Below, one piece after another: positions 37,737-49,571 of a DNA stretch of 64,000 nt. Source of the DNA: Octopus sinensis (lineage: Eukaryota). The number at the start of each line of letters is the position of its first letter. Position 1 is the stretch's first letter. The position numbers and the translations under genes were made by a program. The notes under the pieces are model-generated. The model made no database searches and was not told where the DNA came from. It was given only the letters and a program-made list of their open reading frames with translations. The stretch covers positions 140,554,001 to 140,618,000 of the forward strand of contig NC_042998.1 of the NCBI RefSeq assembly GCF_006345805.1, given 5' to 3'.

Positions 37737-38835
37737 TCTAAGCCTGTACAGGCTCATACAGCAGACCCCAAAATGTCACTTCCCTTAGAAGAGTCTCCCG
37801 GACTAGGCTTGAATTTGTCCCACCTCTTTCTCAGGCCCCCAAGCCTATCAGGCTTATACAGCAGACCCACTTCTTCGAAAAGTATCACCCGGATTAGGTC
37901 TTGAGTTTGTCACCGCTCACCCACTAGTCCACAAGCCTATGGGCGTCGCTCGTAATACCTTTGTCTTTTATTTTCTGTATGTGTATGTGTGTGTCGTGTA
38001 GGCATTATTTATGTTGCTTGTAAATATTAGCAAGTGCACATGGATGTATGGACGGTTGCATGTATAGGTGATTATTCAATTTACGTACTTACTGTGTAAT
38101 TAGTGTGTTTTTCCGGGGTTCCTGGTGCTGGTTTCGACGTCTATGTATGTCACATTGAGATATCACGCATTTAAAAAAGAAGCTACACTGTATGTAACAA
38201 AGATCATTCCGATTTGTTAAAAGGTGTGCACAATCTTCCTCTACCTGTATCTGTAGACAGGCCAAGAGGTCTAACTTCGAGGAAATTTTTCCTCCATTTA
38301 GTTTTGAGAATACTTCTTCTGGGCTTCGCAATGGATAATTGTGTTCGACTAAATACTTAACTAATCCGCATACACTTTAAAAAGTCCGCATACACTCTTA
38401 CTTTATTATTTTTTTTCTTTACATAAACCGTCGGAGCTGCCTAGTCTGAATGGTCGACTTTTTCAATTATAACCAGACCTTCTAGTCTTTCTAACTCTTT
38501 ATTGACCTGGTCCAACGCTGCAAACGGTACATTCTGTTTGGGCCTAAAAAAGGATGCTGCCTTTTATTTTACCACGATCCTATGAAGCTTATACAGCAGG
38601 CACAAAAGTTCCACTTCCCCTAAAAGTGTCGCCTGATTAGGCCTTGAGTTTGTCTCCCCAAATAGGCCCTCAATCTTATCAATACAGCAGACCCGAAAAT
38701 GCAACTTCCTCTAAACGTGTCGCTCGAGACACGCCCCCGAGTTTCCTATCCCCTCCTCAAGCTTATAAGAGTTTATACAGCAGACCCAAATGTGCCGTCC
38801 CTATAAAAGCGTCATCCAAAGTGGACCAACCCCGC
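37737..38835. repeat. Degenerate ~95-bp tandem repeat (5 units plus a partial), split by an insertion
   Basis: Recurring caagcctat..gcttatacagcagaccc....acttcc...aaagtgtc.ccg.attagg.cttgagtttgtc near 37737, 37839, 37932 (partial), 38580, 38672 and 38757. Confidence 0.7.
38205..38530 (-). pseudogene. Ty3/Gypsy LTR retrotransposon RT N-terminal fragment
   Basis: PFFRPKQNVPFAALDQVNKELERLE..IIEKVDHSD*AAPTVYVKK..RVYADF..NYPLRSPEEVFSKLNGGKISSKLDL..ACLQIQVEEDCAHLLT. Confidence 0.85.
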
Positions 38836-39104
38836 TGCACCCCCTCCTAACAACGCTACAATGTACCACTCACTATTTGAATATCGTTAGCTGTCCTCAA
38901 TCAGATTGCTTTGTTCGGCATTTCTATGCTTCTTGGTACAACTGTACGTATGATAATGCATCCAAATAAACCTATGATACTCGGTACAAATACACCTATG
39001 ATGATAAGTACAAACAAAAAAATCTATATCCCGGATTTAAGTTTCTTATTAGGTCTTCATAAACGTACTCCTTTTCCATATATTTTGTTGTTTCCATAGA
39101 TTCT

Positions 39105-39290
39105 GAGAGAAGGGGACAAGTCAATTACATAGTCTCCAGTACTTGACTGGTACTTTATTTTATCGACCTCCGAAAGAATGAAAGACAAAGTTGACCTCAG
39201 CGAGATCGGAATTCAGAACATATAGGGCCGGATGAAATGCTACTAAGCATTTTGTCCAACGCGTTGACGATTCTATCAGCTTGACACCTT
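39105..39290 (-). mobile_element. Degenerate SINE family B
   Basis: gactggtactttattttatcgacctccgaaagaatgaaagacaaagttgacctcagcgagatcggaattcagaac. Confidence 0.75.
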
Positions 39291-39809
39291 GTCCCTAAGT
39301 TTTGAAAAGACATTCATATTCGACAGGTAGCTGATCTCTACAATAGTGCATGATTTTGCTCGCTGTCCCACAGAACAGTAAGTATCTAGCCTAATGTGTT
39401 TATATATGTTTCATACTTAAAACTGATGCATCACTGAAAGCCTAATAAACTGCAGTATTCGTCCCGAGATAGTATTTCTTATTGATGTATAGAGTTAAAA
39501 AAAAACACAGATATATATACACAGCAGACGAAAATCCAGCACTGGTTGCGGCATCTTTAAATATGCATTTCTGCCTCCCTGAGCTTCGTCAGTAGCAAGT
39601 ATCACTCATAACGAATATTTACATCCATTTTAATTAGAATGTTCCATCATTATTTTTGAAGGTGCGCATGCATTCTGGTTCTAGCGTAACTTTGCTAGGT
39701 ACACAGGGAAATCCTTACAACGGAGAGCATTGTTGATGGTTTTAGTTACAATTCCATGTATTCCCTTGGGAAAGTTAGAAACTTTTCAATATTTGGGGAC
39801 AGTAACAGC

Positions 39810-40114
39810 TGATGATGATGAGGATGATGAGGATGATGATGAGGATGATGATGATGATGAGGATGATGATGATGATGATGATGATGACGATGATGATGAT
39901 GATGATGACGATGATGACGATGATGACGACGATGATGATGATGATGATGGTATCTTCCACTCTGGTATGGCACAGTCGGTTATACTTTGCCACAGCATCG
40001 AGTTTTACAGACAGCCCTTATTCCTATGTTGAAAAGGAATTTAATAGGTAGATTTCCTTGGATAGTTTTTCATCACACCTGATTGGTCGTTGCTGTTGTT
40101 GTTGTTGTTGTTGT

Positions 40115-40150
<36 letters not shown>

Positions 40151-40159
40151 GATGATGAT

Positions 40160-40193
<34 letters not shown>

Positions 40194-40215
40194 CGTCGTC
40201 GTCGTCGTCGTCGCC
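39810..40215. repeat. (GAT/GAC)n and (GTT)n/(GAT)n/(GTC)n microsatellites
   Basis: Direct reading; source of poly-D/M/H/S ORFs. Confidence 0.9.
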
Positions 40216-40462
40216 GTTTAGCCTCAAGCCACCTCTGATCACGAAGACACACGTATTAGCTGACATGCTTTGGAAATGGTTGAATATATGTGCGTGTAGA
40301 TGTATGTAAATATATAATATATATATATATATATAATATATATATATATATATGTATGTATGTACGTATGTATGCATATATATACACACACACACACATA
40401 TGAATATACATAGATACAATATGTAATACATATATACAATATATGCATATATATATATATAC

Positions 40463-40493
<31 letters not shown>

Positions 40494-41094
40494 CACTTAT
40501 ATCTATATATATTATAACTTAGTTATGTATGTATGTATGTATGTATGTGTGTATGTATGTATGTATGTATGTATGTATGTGTGTATGCATGTATGTTCGT
40601 ATATTTACATATGTGACTGCGTATATGTATGTATTTATGTAAATCGGCTGATAGTAAAGACTAATGTGGTTTTGTTTTGTTTTTTTATTTTGTCTTTGTC
40701 GTTTAATTTTATTCTTTTCGTTTTTTTATTCATTTATTCATTTATTATTATTATTATTATTTTTTTTTATATTTCAGACTGGTTTTAATGGTGTATTTAA
40801 AAAGGTTTAAAGCGTTTAAAGGTTGATATCATAGTCGAATGTGTTCTCATAAATTGTTTAGTCAGTCGCAGATGTGTTTCCGGTGTTTGTGGAACTTTCA
40901 ACGATTTACGAAACGATTTCAATCTCTTTAAATGGTCTTTCTCTTTTTTTTCTTTCCTAATGGCGGGTTTTAAATAACGTTGAAAATGTCTCAAAGTAAA
41001 AAAGTTGTCCTCATATACTTAGATAATTTCTCTCTTCCTCTGTCTCTCTTTCTCTCTCACTCTCACTCTCTCTCTCTCCCTCTCCCTCTCTCTC

Positions 41095-41130
<36 letters not shown>

Positions 41131-41422
41131 ACTCTCTCTCTCACTTTCTCTCCCGTTCTCTCTCCTCGGTTCTCTCTCTCTCCCTCTCCCTCTCTCTCCT
41201 TCTCTCTCTCTTTCTCTCTCACTCTCTCTCTCTCTCACTCTCTCTTTTTCTCTCTTCCTCTCCCTCACGCTCTCCCTTTCTTCTCTCTCTTTCTCTCGCT
41301 CTCACTCTCTCTCTCTCTCACTCTCTCTTTTTCTCTCTTCCTCTGTCTCTCTTTCTCTCTCTCTCTCTCTCACTCTCTCTTTTTCTCTCTTCCTCTGTCT
41401 CTCTTTCTCTCTCTCTCTCTCA

Positions 41423-41490
<68 letters not shown>

Positions 41491-41691
41491 ACTATCTCTC
41501 TCTTTTTCTCTCTCTTTGTGTCTCTTCTTTTCTCTGACTCACTCACTCACTCACTCTTTCTCTTTCCCTCTCTCCTCCTCTCTCCTCCTCTCTCCCTCTC
41601 TTTTCTCTATTCCTCTCTTTTACTCTCCTTCAGTCCATCTCTTCCTCTCTCTCTCTCTCTTCCTCTTTTCCTTCTCTTCTCCCATTACTCT

Positions 41692-41740
<49 letters not shown>

Positions 41741-42292
41741 TACCCACACATTCACACCCTCTCACACACATATAAAAACACAAATACGAGTACATGTATA
41801 TGTATACAGCCCAGTCCAGACACACTAACACACACTCAGCTATATATGCATTCGCTTGGACACACATTGACATACTGCAAATAACAAAAACAAAAACAAA
41901 AACAAATCAATATTACCTATCAATTATTAATTTCTAACATAGGCACAAGGCTTCGATAGAGGGGAGGGGCGTAGTCAATTATATAGATGACATTACTTCA
42001 CCCTTACTGTATTTGAGAGTATATAAGATGCACATTTTTTTATGAAAAATAAAATTTTCAAAAAGCCACCCTGGGCCTCATGTGCCAGATTGGACCTAGT
42101 TTACATGTTTTAATTTAATAAAAAGTTGTTGTTTTTTTATTCTTGAATATGCGATACTGAAATTGAGTTGTTGTCTATTATGCATTTGCGCCGTTTGTGC
42201 CACCAAATACGATATGTGGGAATGTGTGTGTGTGTGTGTGTGCGTGTGTGTGTGCGTGCGTGTATATGTGTGTGCGTGCGAGCTCGCGCGTT

Positions 42293-42351
<59 letters not shown>

Positions 42352-42352
42352 G

Positions 42353-42546
42353 TGTAATATAATATGTGACAATTATTCGGTTGCCATTATAGACTCCGAG
42401 TTTCGGATGCCGGGGCGGAAAACTACGCCGGCATCTCGCCATTTTGCCTCGATAACTGACGAGATGGCGGAGCAGTTTTCCGCCCCCACAATCGAAGCTC
42501 GGAGTCTTATTATAGCATCCGAATAATTGTCATATATTATATTACA
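42353..42546. mobile_element. 194-bp GC-rich foldback (86/87-bp arms, 21-nt loop), TGT...ACA termini; probable MITE
   Basis: Arm alignment gives 12 substitutions plus 1 indel; no TSD seen. Confidence 0.75.
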
Positions 42547-42747
42547 AATAAATTCCTCTATTTGTTGTCTTACCATTACTATTAATAAATATATATATAT
42601 ATATAATATATATATATATATTATATATATATATATGTATGTATGTACGTATGTATGCATATATATACACACACACACACATATGAATATACATAGATAC
42701 ATATATGTATATACATATATACAATATATGCATATATATATATATAC

Positions 42748-42778
<31 letters not shown>

Positions 42779-43891
42779 CACTTATATATATATATATATA
42801 TAACTTAAGTTATGTATGTATGTATGTATGTATGTGTGTATGTATGTATGTATGTATGTATGTATGTGTGTATGCATGTATGTTCGTATATTTACATATG
42901 TGACTGCGTATATGTATGTATTTATGTATAAATCGGCTGATAGTAAAGACTAATGTGGTTTTGTTTTTTTTTTTAATTTTGTCTTTGTCGTTTAATTTTA
43001 TTCTTTTCGTTTTTTTATTCATTTATTCATTTATTATTATTATTATTTTTTTTTTTTTATATTTCAGACTGGTTTTAATGGTGTATTTAAAAAGGTTTAA
43101 AGCGTTTAAAGGTTGATATCATAGTCGAATGTGTTCTCATAAATTGTTTAGTCAGTCGCAGATGTGTTTCCGGTGTTTGTGGAACTTTCAACGATTTACG
43201 AAACGATTTCAATCTCTTTAAATGGTCTTTCTCTTTTTTTCTTTCCTAATGGCGGGTTTTAAATAACGTTGAAAATGTCTCAAAGTAAAAAAGTTGTCCT
43301 CATATACTTAGATAATTTCTCTCTTCCTCTGTCTCTCTTTCTCTCTCACTCTCACTCTCACTCTCTCTCTCACTTTCTCTCCCGTTCTCTCTCCTCGGTT
43401 CTCTCTCTCTCCCTCTCCCTCTCTCTCCTTCTCTCTCTGCTTCTCTCTCCTTCTCTCTCTGCTTCTCTCACTCACTCTCTCTTCATCTCTCTCTTTCTCT
43501 CTCACTCTCTCTCACTCTCTCTTTTTCTCTCTTCCTCTCCCTCACGCTCTCCCTTTCTTTCTCTCTCTTTCTCTCGCTCTCACTCTCTCTCCCTTTCGCT
43601 CTCTCTCTTTCCCTCTTTATCGCCCTCTCTCGTTCTCTCTCTCTTTGTTTCTCCCCTTTTGTCTCTCTCACTCACTTTTTCTCTCTCCTTCTCTCCTTCT
43701 CTCTCTCACTATCTCTCTCTTTTTCTCTCTCTTTGTGTCTCTTCTTTTCTCTGACTCACTCACTCACTCACTCTTTCTCTTTCCCTCTCTCCTCCTCTCT
43801 CCCTCTCTTTTCTCTATTCCTCTCTTTTACTCTCCTTCAGTCCATCTCTTCCTCTCTCTCTCTCTCTTCCTCTTTTCCTTCTCTTCTCCCA

Positions 43892-43934
<43 letters not shown>

Positions 43935-44563
43935 ACATACCCACACATTCACACCCTCTCACACACATATAAAAACACAAATACGAGTACATGTATATGT
44001 ATACAGCCCAGTCCAGACACACTAACACACACTCAGCTATATATGCATTCGCTTGGACACACATTGACATACTGCAAATAACAAAAACAAAAACAAAAAC
44101 AAATCAATATTACCTATCAATTATTAATTTCTAACATAGGCACAAGGCTTCGATAGAGGGGAGGGGCGTAGTCAATTATATAGATGACATTACTTCACCT
44201 TACTGTATTTGAGAGTATATAAGATGCACATTTTTTTATGAAAAATAAAATTTTCAAAAGCCACCCTGGGCCTCATGTGCCAGATTGGACCTAGTTTACA
44301 TGTTTTAATTTAATAAAAAGTTGTTGTTTTTTTATTCTTGAATATGCGATACTGAAATTGAGTTGTTGTCTATTATGCATTTGCGCCGTTTGTGCCACCA
44401 AATACGATATGTGGGAATGTGTGTGTGTGTGTGTGTGCGTGTGTGGTGCGTGCGTGTATATGTGTGTGCGTGCGAGCTCGCGCGTTCGTGTATGTGTGTG
44501 GTGTGTGTGTGTGTGTGGTGTGTGTGTGTGTGTGTGTGTGGTGTGTGTGTGTGTGTGCGTGTG

Positions 44564-44757
44564 TGTAATATAATATGTGACAATTATTCGGTTGCCATTA
44601 TAGACTCCGAGTTTCGGATGCCGGGGCGGAAAACTACGCCGGCATCTCGCCATTTTGCCTCGATAACTGACGAGATGGCGGAGCAGTTTTCCGCCCCCAC
44701 AATCGAAGCTCGGAGTCTTATTATAGCATCCGAATAATTGTCATATATTATATTACA
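44564..44757. mobile_element. Duplicate copy of the 194-bp foldback
   Basis: Same sequence as 42353-42546 within the second unit of the tandem duplication. Confidence 0.75.
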
Positions 44758-45619
44758 AATAAATTCCTCTATTTGTTGTCTTACCATTACTATTAATAAA
44801 TATATATATATATATATATTTACATAATATCGAGGTCTCTTTCATTCTTTTGTTGTCTTACCATTTCTATCAATATATATATTTGTATGTAACAAAACTG
44901 GAAAGTGGAAACGTTTGGTATTATTTATTATACACATGTTTCATTTGCTAATAAAAATTACGAAGTTTTACATGTTACATAGACGTTTAAGGATTTTTCT
45001 ATTAGAAATTTATCAGTCAGAAAATTTATAATAGAAAAAATCACACGTGGATGAAGCATTTATATTTCTCATACAATAACTTTGCAAGTAATATTTCCAT
45101 TATTCTCAATTTTGATATGTATTTTGACTAATATACAGTAGCTACTGTGGTCACATATCGTTTGTAATAATGGAATAAGCGGCTATGCTTCTGCTTCAAG
45201 TGGATTTACCCTAACTACCTATATAATATCTATACATAAGAAGCGGTGTCCGGTAGCCGAATTACTGCTCGAACTACATGTATATTAAAATAGATCCATC
45301 AATTTCTTCATATTTTTGAAATGCATTAACTAAGGAAAGTTTACGTAGTGAATGCATTTCCTATTATCTATTACGCAAATCTGAAACGTACATGTTAAAT
45401 GAAATTCAAAATATCACTGGTTACACTTCATTATTACAACCACGGTACGTCTGTCTTTACGTTCTTAGTTCAAATGCCGCCGAGGTCAACTTTGCCTTTC
45501 ATCCCATCTGTTTCCCCTAAAAACACATCTGCTTATTCCATTATTACAATCAATATGTAGCCACAGTAGCTCCTGTATGTTAATCAAAATACGTATTAAA
45601 ATTGCCCTACAATTTTCGC

Positions 45620-45800
45620 TCTCCGTTTTTTTGTTTTTTGTTTTTTTCGGGCTTTCTTCACTTTTCCCCTTCTCAGTCCTTTCTGTCGAAGAGCGTAGGG
45701 TCGAAACATCAAAGAATTTTCCATTTTTCCCGAGCGTTAAACTAATATACCTGCTTGCTGTTCCTACACCTGTCATCGTCTTTTGTTATATATTTATTAC
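45620..45800 (+). mobile_element. Solo Penelope-type terminal repeat (pLTR-like) with degenerate hammerhead-like motif at 45678-45715
   Basis: ctttctgtcgaagagcgtagggtcgaaacatcaaaga...ccgagcg..aactaata...cacctg.catcgtcttttgtt aligns with the reverse complement of 20100-20260. Confidence 0.75.
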
Positions 45801-45909
45801 GCACGCGCGCGCACACACATATCAAAGCAGGAGTTTGGTAATAACCTTTTGGTATTATTTAATCACAGTTACGCGTGTTTCATTTGTTAACATTGTTTGA
45901 TTCTCTTTC

Positions 45910-46540
45910 AAGGTGGCGAGCTGACAGAATCGTTAGCACGCCGGGCGAAATGGTTAGCGGTATATCGTCTGCCGTTACGTTGTGAGTTCAAATTCCACCG
46001 AGGTCGACTTTGCTTGTCATCATTTCGGGGTCGATAAATTAAGTACCAGTTACGCACTGGGGTCGATGTAATCGACTTAATCCCTTTGTCTGTCCTTGTT
46101 TGTCCCCTTTGTGTGTAGCCCCTTGTGGGCAGTAAAGAAATAGGTATATCGTTTGCCGCTATGTTCAGAGTTCAACATCTGCTGAGGTCGACTTTGCCTT
46201 TCATCCTTTCTGGGTCGATAAATTAAGTACCAGTTACACACTGGAATCGATGTAATCAACTATCCCCTCCCCCAAATTTCAGGCCTTGTGCTTATAGTAG
46301 AAAGGATTATTTGATTTTCTCGAAGGCGGCGAGTTGGCAGAAAGGTTAGCACGCCGGCCAAAATGTTTTCCAGTATTTCGTCCGTCTTTACGTTCTGAGT
46401 TAAAATTCCACCGTGGTCGACTTTGCCTTTCAACCTTTCGAGATCGATAAAAATAAGCGCCAGTTGAACACTGAGGACAATTTAACCGACTTATCCTTTC
46501 CCTGAAATTACTAGCCTTGTGCCAAACTTTGAAATCAATA
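45910..46540 (+). mobile_element. Triple tandem SINE family B array with tails C, A and B
   Basis: 45910-46142 (tail ...ccttgtgggcagtaaagaaata), 46143-46311 (tail ...gtagaaaggattatt), 46322-46540 (tail ...gccaaactttgaaatcaata). Confidence 0.9.
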
Positions 46541-46988
46541 TTATTTGATTCTCTGTCTGAAGAATTTCTAATAGGAGACATATTACTTGTTTCTCTTGCG
46601 CTTCCAATTTTGTAACTCCCATTAGGATACGAAACACGTGTAATGGTGAAGAGATAATACAAAAACATTTTTCCAAATTCCTGTTTTCATATTTAATTGG
46701 TCTACAAAAAGTATTTTCCAGTATTTCTCAATTTTTATGCATAACTCACACAAATTTAACATCTTCATAGAACTATGGAGTACTGGAATAAGCAGATGTA
46801 CTTTAAGAGGACACAGCTTGAACTATAATTTTATCCGCACAATATATATTATGCGGATAGTCTTTGGTGCTATGTAAGATACACTACCCGCCACACAAAC
46901 GTCTTTAAAAATCACCCCATCTCCTTTGTGCGAATTTGGGCCTAACACAATTTTGAATGCACGATAAACTGTTTTTACTTGAATAGAC

Positions 46989-47660
46989 GCAGGCGTGGCT
47001 GTGTGATAAGAAGCTTGTTTCCCAATCACATGGTTCCGGGTTCAGTCCCACTGCGTGGCACCTTGGCCAAGTGTCTTGTACTATAGCCCCCAGCCTTATG
47101 AGTGGATTTGGTAGATAGAAATTGAGAGATACCCGCAAGGCGGCGAGTTGGCAGAAACGTTAGCACTCCGGGCGAAATGCTTAGCCGTATTTCGCCTGCC
47201 GCTACGTTCTGAGTTCAAATTTCGCCGAAGTCGACTTTGCCTTTCATCATTTCGGAGTCGATTAAATAAGTACCAGTTATGCACTGAGGTCGATATAATC
47301 GATATAATCCGTTTGTCTCTCCTTGTTTGTCCCCTTTGTATGTAGCCCCTTGTGGGCAGTAAAGAAATAAGAAACTGAGAGATACCTGCCGTATATACAT
47401 GTGTGTGTATAAGTGTTATATATGCGCGTGTGTGTGTGTGTGCGTGTGTTTGTCCACCATCACCACCACCACCACCACTTGACAACCGGTGTTGGTTTGT
47501 TTACGTTCCCGTAACTTAGCGGTTCGACAAAACGAGAAATGATCGAATAAGTACCAGGCATAACACCATCAACAACAACAAAATGAAGAAGTACTGGAAG
47601 CGATTCACTCGACTCAAAGTCCTTTAAGGCTTTGCCCCAGCATGTACGCAGTGTAATGTA
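46989..47660 (+). mobile_element. SINE family A interrupted by a SINE family B (tail C) insertion at 47137-47369
   Basis: 20-bp TSD agaaattgagagatacccgc (47117-47136) / agaaactgagagatacctgc (47370-47389), 18 of 20 identical. Confidence 0.9.
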
Positions 47661-47994
47661 ATGTTTGAAACAATTTTTGTTTTTAAATATGATGCTAAAG
47701 TTGGGGTGTATCTAATACGCCATGCGTCTTTTATGCCATCAAGTACGATACTGTGTTTTATTGAAAGGAATGATTAAAACGTTAAAATTGATCTTTAAAG
47801 AATGAGGTTTGAACTGAGAACTTAAAGAGCCGTAACAATGTAATCATAGGGTATTTTGTCCGATTCTCTACAGATCCTCTCAAGTATTTCGACAGAATCG
47901 TTAGGGTCTCGAATAAAACTACTTTTCGCTATTTATCGTGTTTACTCGTGTAAACGATCACACTTAGATAGTAGTCGCACTCGTGTATAAGTCG

Positions 47995-49164
47995 CATCCT
48001 AGGAAAGTCTAGAAGTGTTGTGCAACGAATTTTAGCTCGTTTTAAGTCATCAAGATCGACAAATGTTAAACTCAGAACCGGTAGACCTCGTAAAATTTCG
48101 ACAAGACAGTACCGTATAATAGTTAGAATGTCATTGAAGGATACGTTTAAGAGTGCTACTGAGATATCTCGCGATTTTAGCTCCACTTCCGATGTCAACG
48201 TATCGCGCAAAACAGTTTCTCGGAGGTTACGAGGTTCTGGATTGGTTGCTCGAGCACCGGCTATGAAACCCCCGATCTCAAAGAAGAATCAAAGAGCCCG
48301 TCTTCGTTTCACTCACGAATATGTCGTTTGGACAGAAGAACAGTGGTCGCAGGTTCATCCGATGGCGGGATGTACGTCCAACGAAGAAGTGGTGAAAGGT
48401 TATCTCGTGCATATGTGAAGTAGACAGTGAAAAATGGAGGAGGCAGTGTAATGGTATGGGAAGTGATCTCTGCTGCTGGTCCTGGCCCACTTATTTGCCT
48501 ACAAGGGATTGTCAATGCTGAAATCTACAAGCAGATTCTTAGACAGCTTGCCCTTCCACATCGCCGATCCTCGTCAATTCAATCTCTTATCTTCGTGCAG
48601 GACAATACTCCCTGTCACACTACGAAGAGAGTCAAAGATTTTTTGAATGATGAAGGGGTTGATCTCATGGACTGGTCACCTCAAAGTCCCGATCTCAACC
48701 CTATAAAAACCTTTGGAAGCTTATTGAAGATGGGGCGCGAAGGAAAAATCCAAAGAACCAAGATGAACTCTGGGAATTATTGAAAAACGAATGGAACAAT
48801 ATTATTCCATCATTTTGCAAGAAATTGATTCAATCATTTGGTAACAGATGTCAGGAGGTCATTAATAGTAAAGGGATGTTCACAAAATATTAATAGCAAG
48901 GGTTTCATTTTTGTTCTTGTTCTATTTTTCATTGTGCTTCTAAGTGACCCTTAACTTTTAGCGGTTGCAGTTTGGAAGATTATTTGTTTATTTCCTCATA
49001 ACTTACGAAATATTTATTCCATTCACTTGTAATTTTCACAACAGATAGATATTAGATATATGTAAATATGTTTAAAATATCTAGTCTCAACGTTTCGTTA
49101 ATCTTCTATAATAACTATTTCAATACACTTGTTCTTAATGACCCTTATATTATGGCCGCCACTG
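47995..49164 (+). mobile_element. Tc1-like transposon remnant (transposase pseudogene ~47995-48893; right TIR present, left end missing)
   Basis: LGKSRSVVQRIL, TGRPRK, VSRKTVSRRL, WTEEQWSQVH (first catalytic D region deleted), TVKNGGGSVMVW, FVQDNTPCHT, WSPQSPDLNPI, frameshift, then NQDELWELLKNEW...TKY*; ends ccttatattatggccgccactg|TA. Confidence 0.9.
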
Positions 49165-49175
49165 TAGATATAGAT

Positions 49176-49438
49176 AGTCCGGGCAAGGTTTTCTATGGAA
49201 GACCAAAAGTCGCACATGTATACCAGCCTACCCTCTCCACGCCACCGATGTTATTCGAGGGAAAGGTAAAGCCGATGCAACTTGGCGCCAGTGATGATCC
49301 AACTCATTTCTGCAGCCGAGTGAACTGGAGCAACGTGAAATAAGGTGCCTTGCTCAAGAACACAACATGTAGTCAGGTCTAGGAATCGAACTTACTATCT
49401 CATGATTGTGAACCTGCCCACTGAGCCATGCGCCTTCA
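49176..49438 (-). mobile_element. SINE family C
   Basis: Matches 35826-36094; minus-strand head ttgaaggcgcatggctcagtgg...gttcgattcc. Confidence 0.85.
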
Positions 49439-49449
49439 AGCACACACAG

Positions 49450-49480
<31 letters not shown>

Positions 49481-49484
49481 TATA

Positions 49485-49571
49485 CCGTATTTATTCGTGT
49501 AAGCCGCATACCAGTTTTTTTAGTTAAAAGTCAAGTATAAAACACTGCGACTAATACATGAGTGAATATGG
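49485..49571. mobile_element. 87-bp TA-flanked MITE (pogo/Tigger-like TIR)
   Basis: TA|CCGTATTTATTCGTGTAAGCCGCA ... TGCGACTAATACATGAGTGAATATGG|TA; TIR-like remnants also at ~47703-47750 and ~47934-47999. Confidence 0.7.

Larger units (their letters stand above)
40310..44820. repeat. Tandem duplication of a ~2.25-2.3 kb unit (about 40310-42590 and 42590-44820)
   Basis: Non-microsatellite blocks 40620-41020, 41750-42220 and 42350-42590 recur almost base-for-base at 42900-43310, 43960-44410 and 44560-44800; boundaries lie in (TA)n runs. Confidence 0.93.

Noticed and set aside
37737-38835. CRISPR-like repeat-spacer array
   Set aside because: Repeats are long, highly degenerate and irregularly spaced, the context is eukaryotic, and there are no cas genes.
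39562-39592. Minus-strand CTGACGA...GAA-ATGCAT-A with palindromic helix III
   Set aside because: Stem II is poorly closed and stem I is limited to one pair.
39760-39810. LETFQYLGTV as a LINE RT FxYLG motif
   Set aside because: Only about 10 residues with no collinear neighbouring motifs.
46832-46859. 28-bp near-perfect palindrome tatccgca-caatatatatta-tgcggata
   Set aside because: Isolated, AT-centred, with no terminal signature or second copy.
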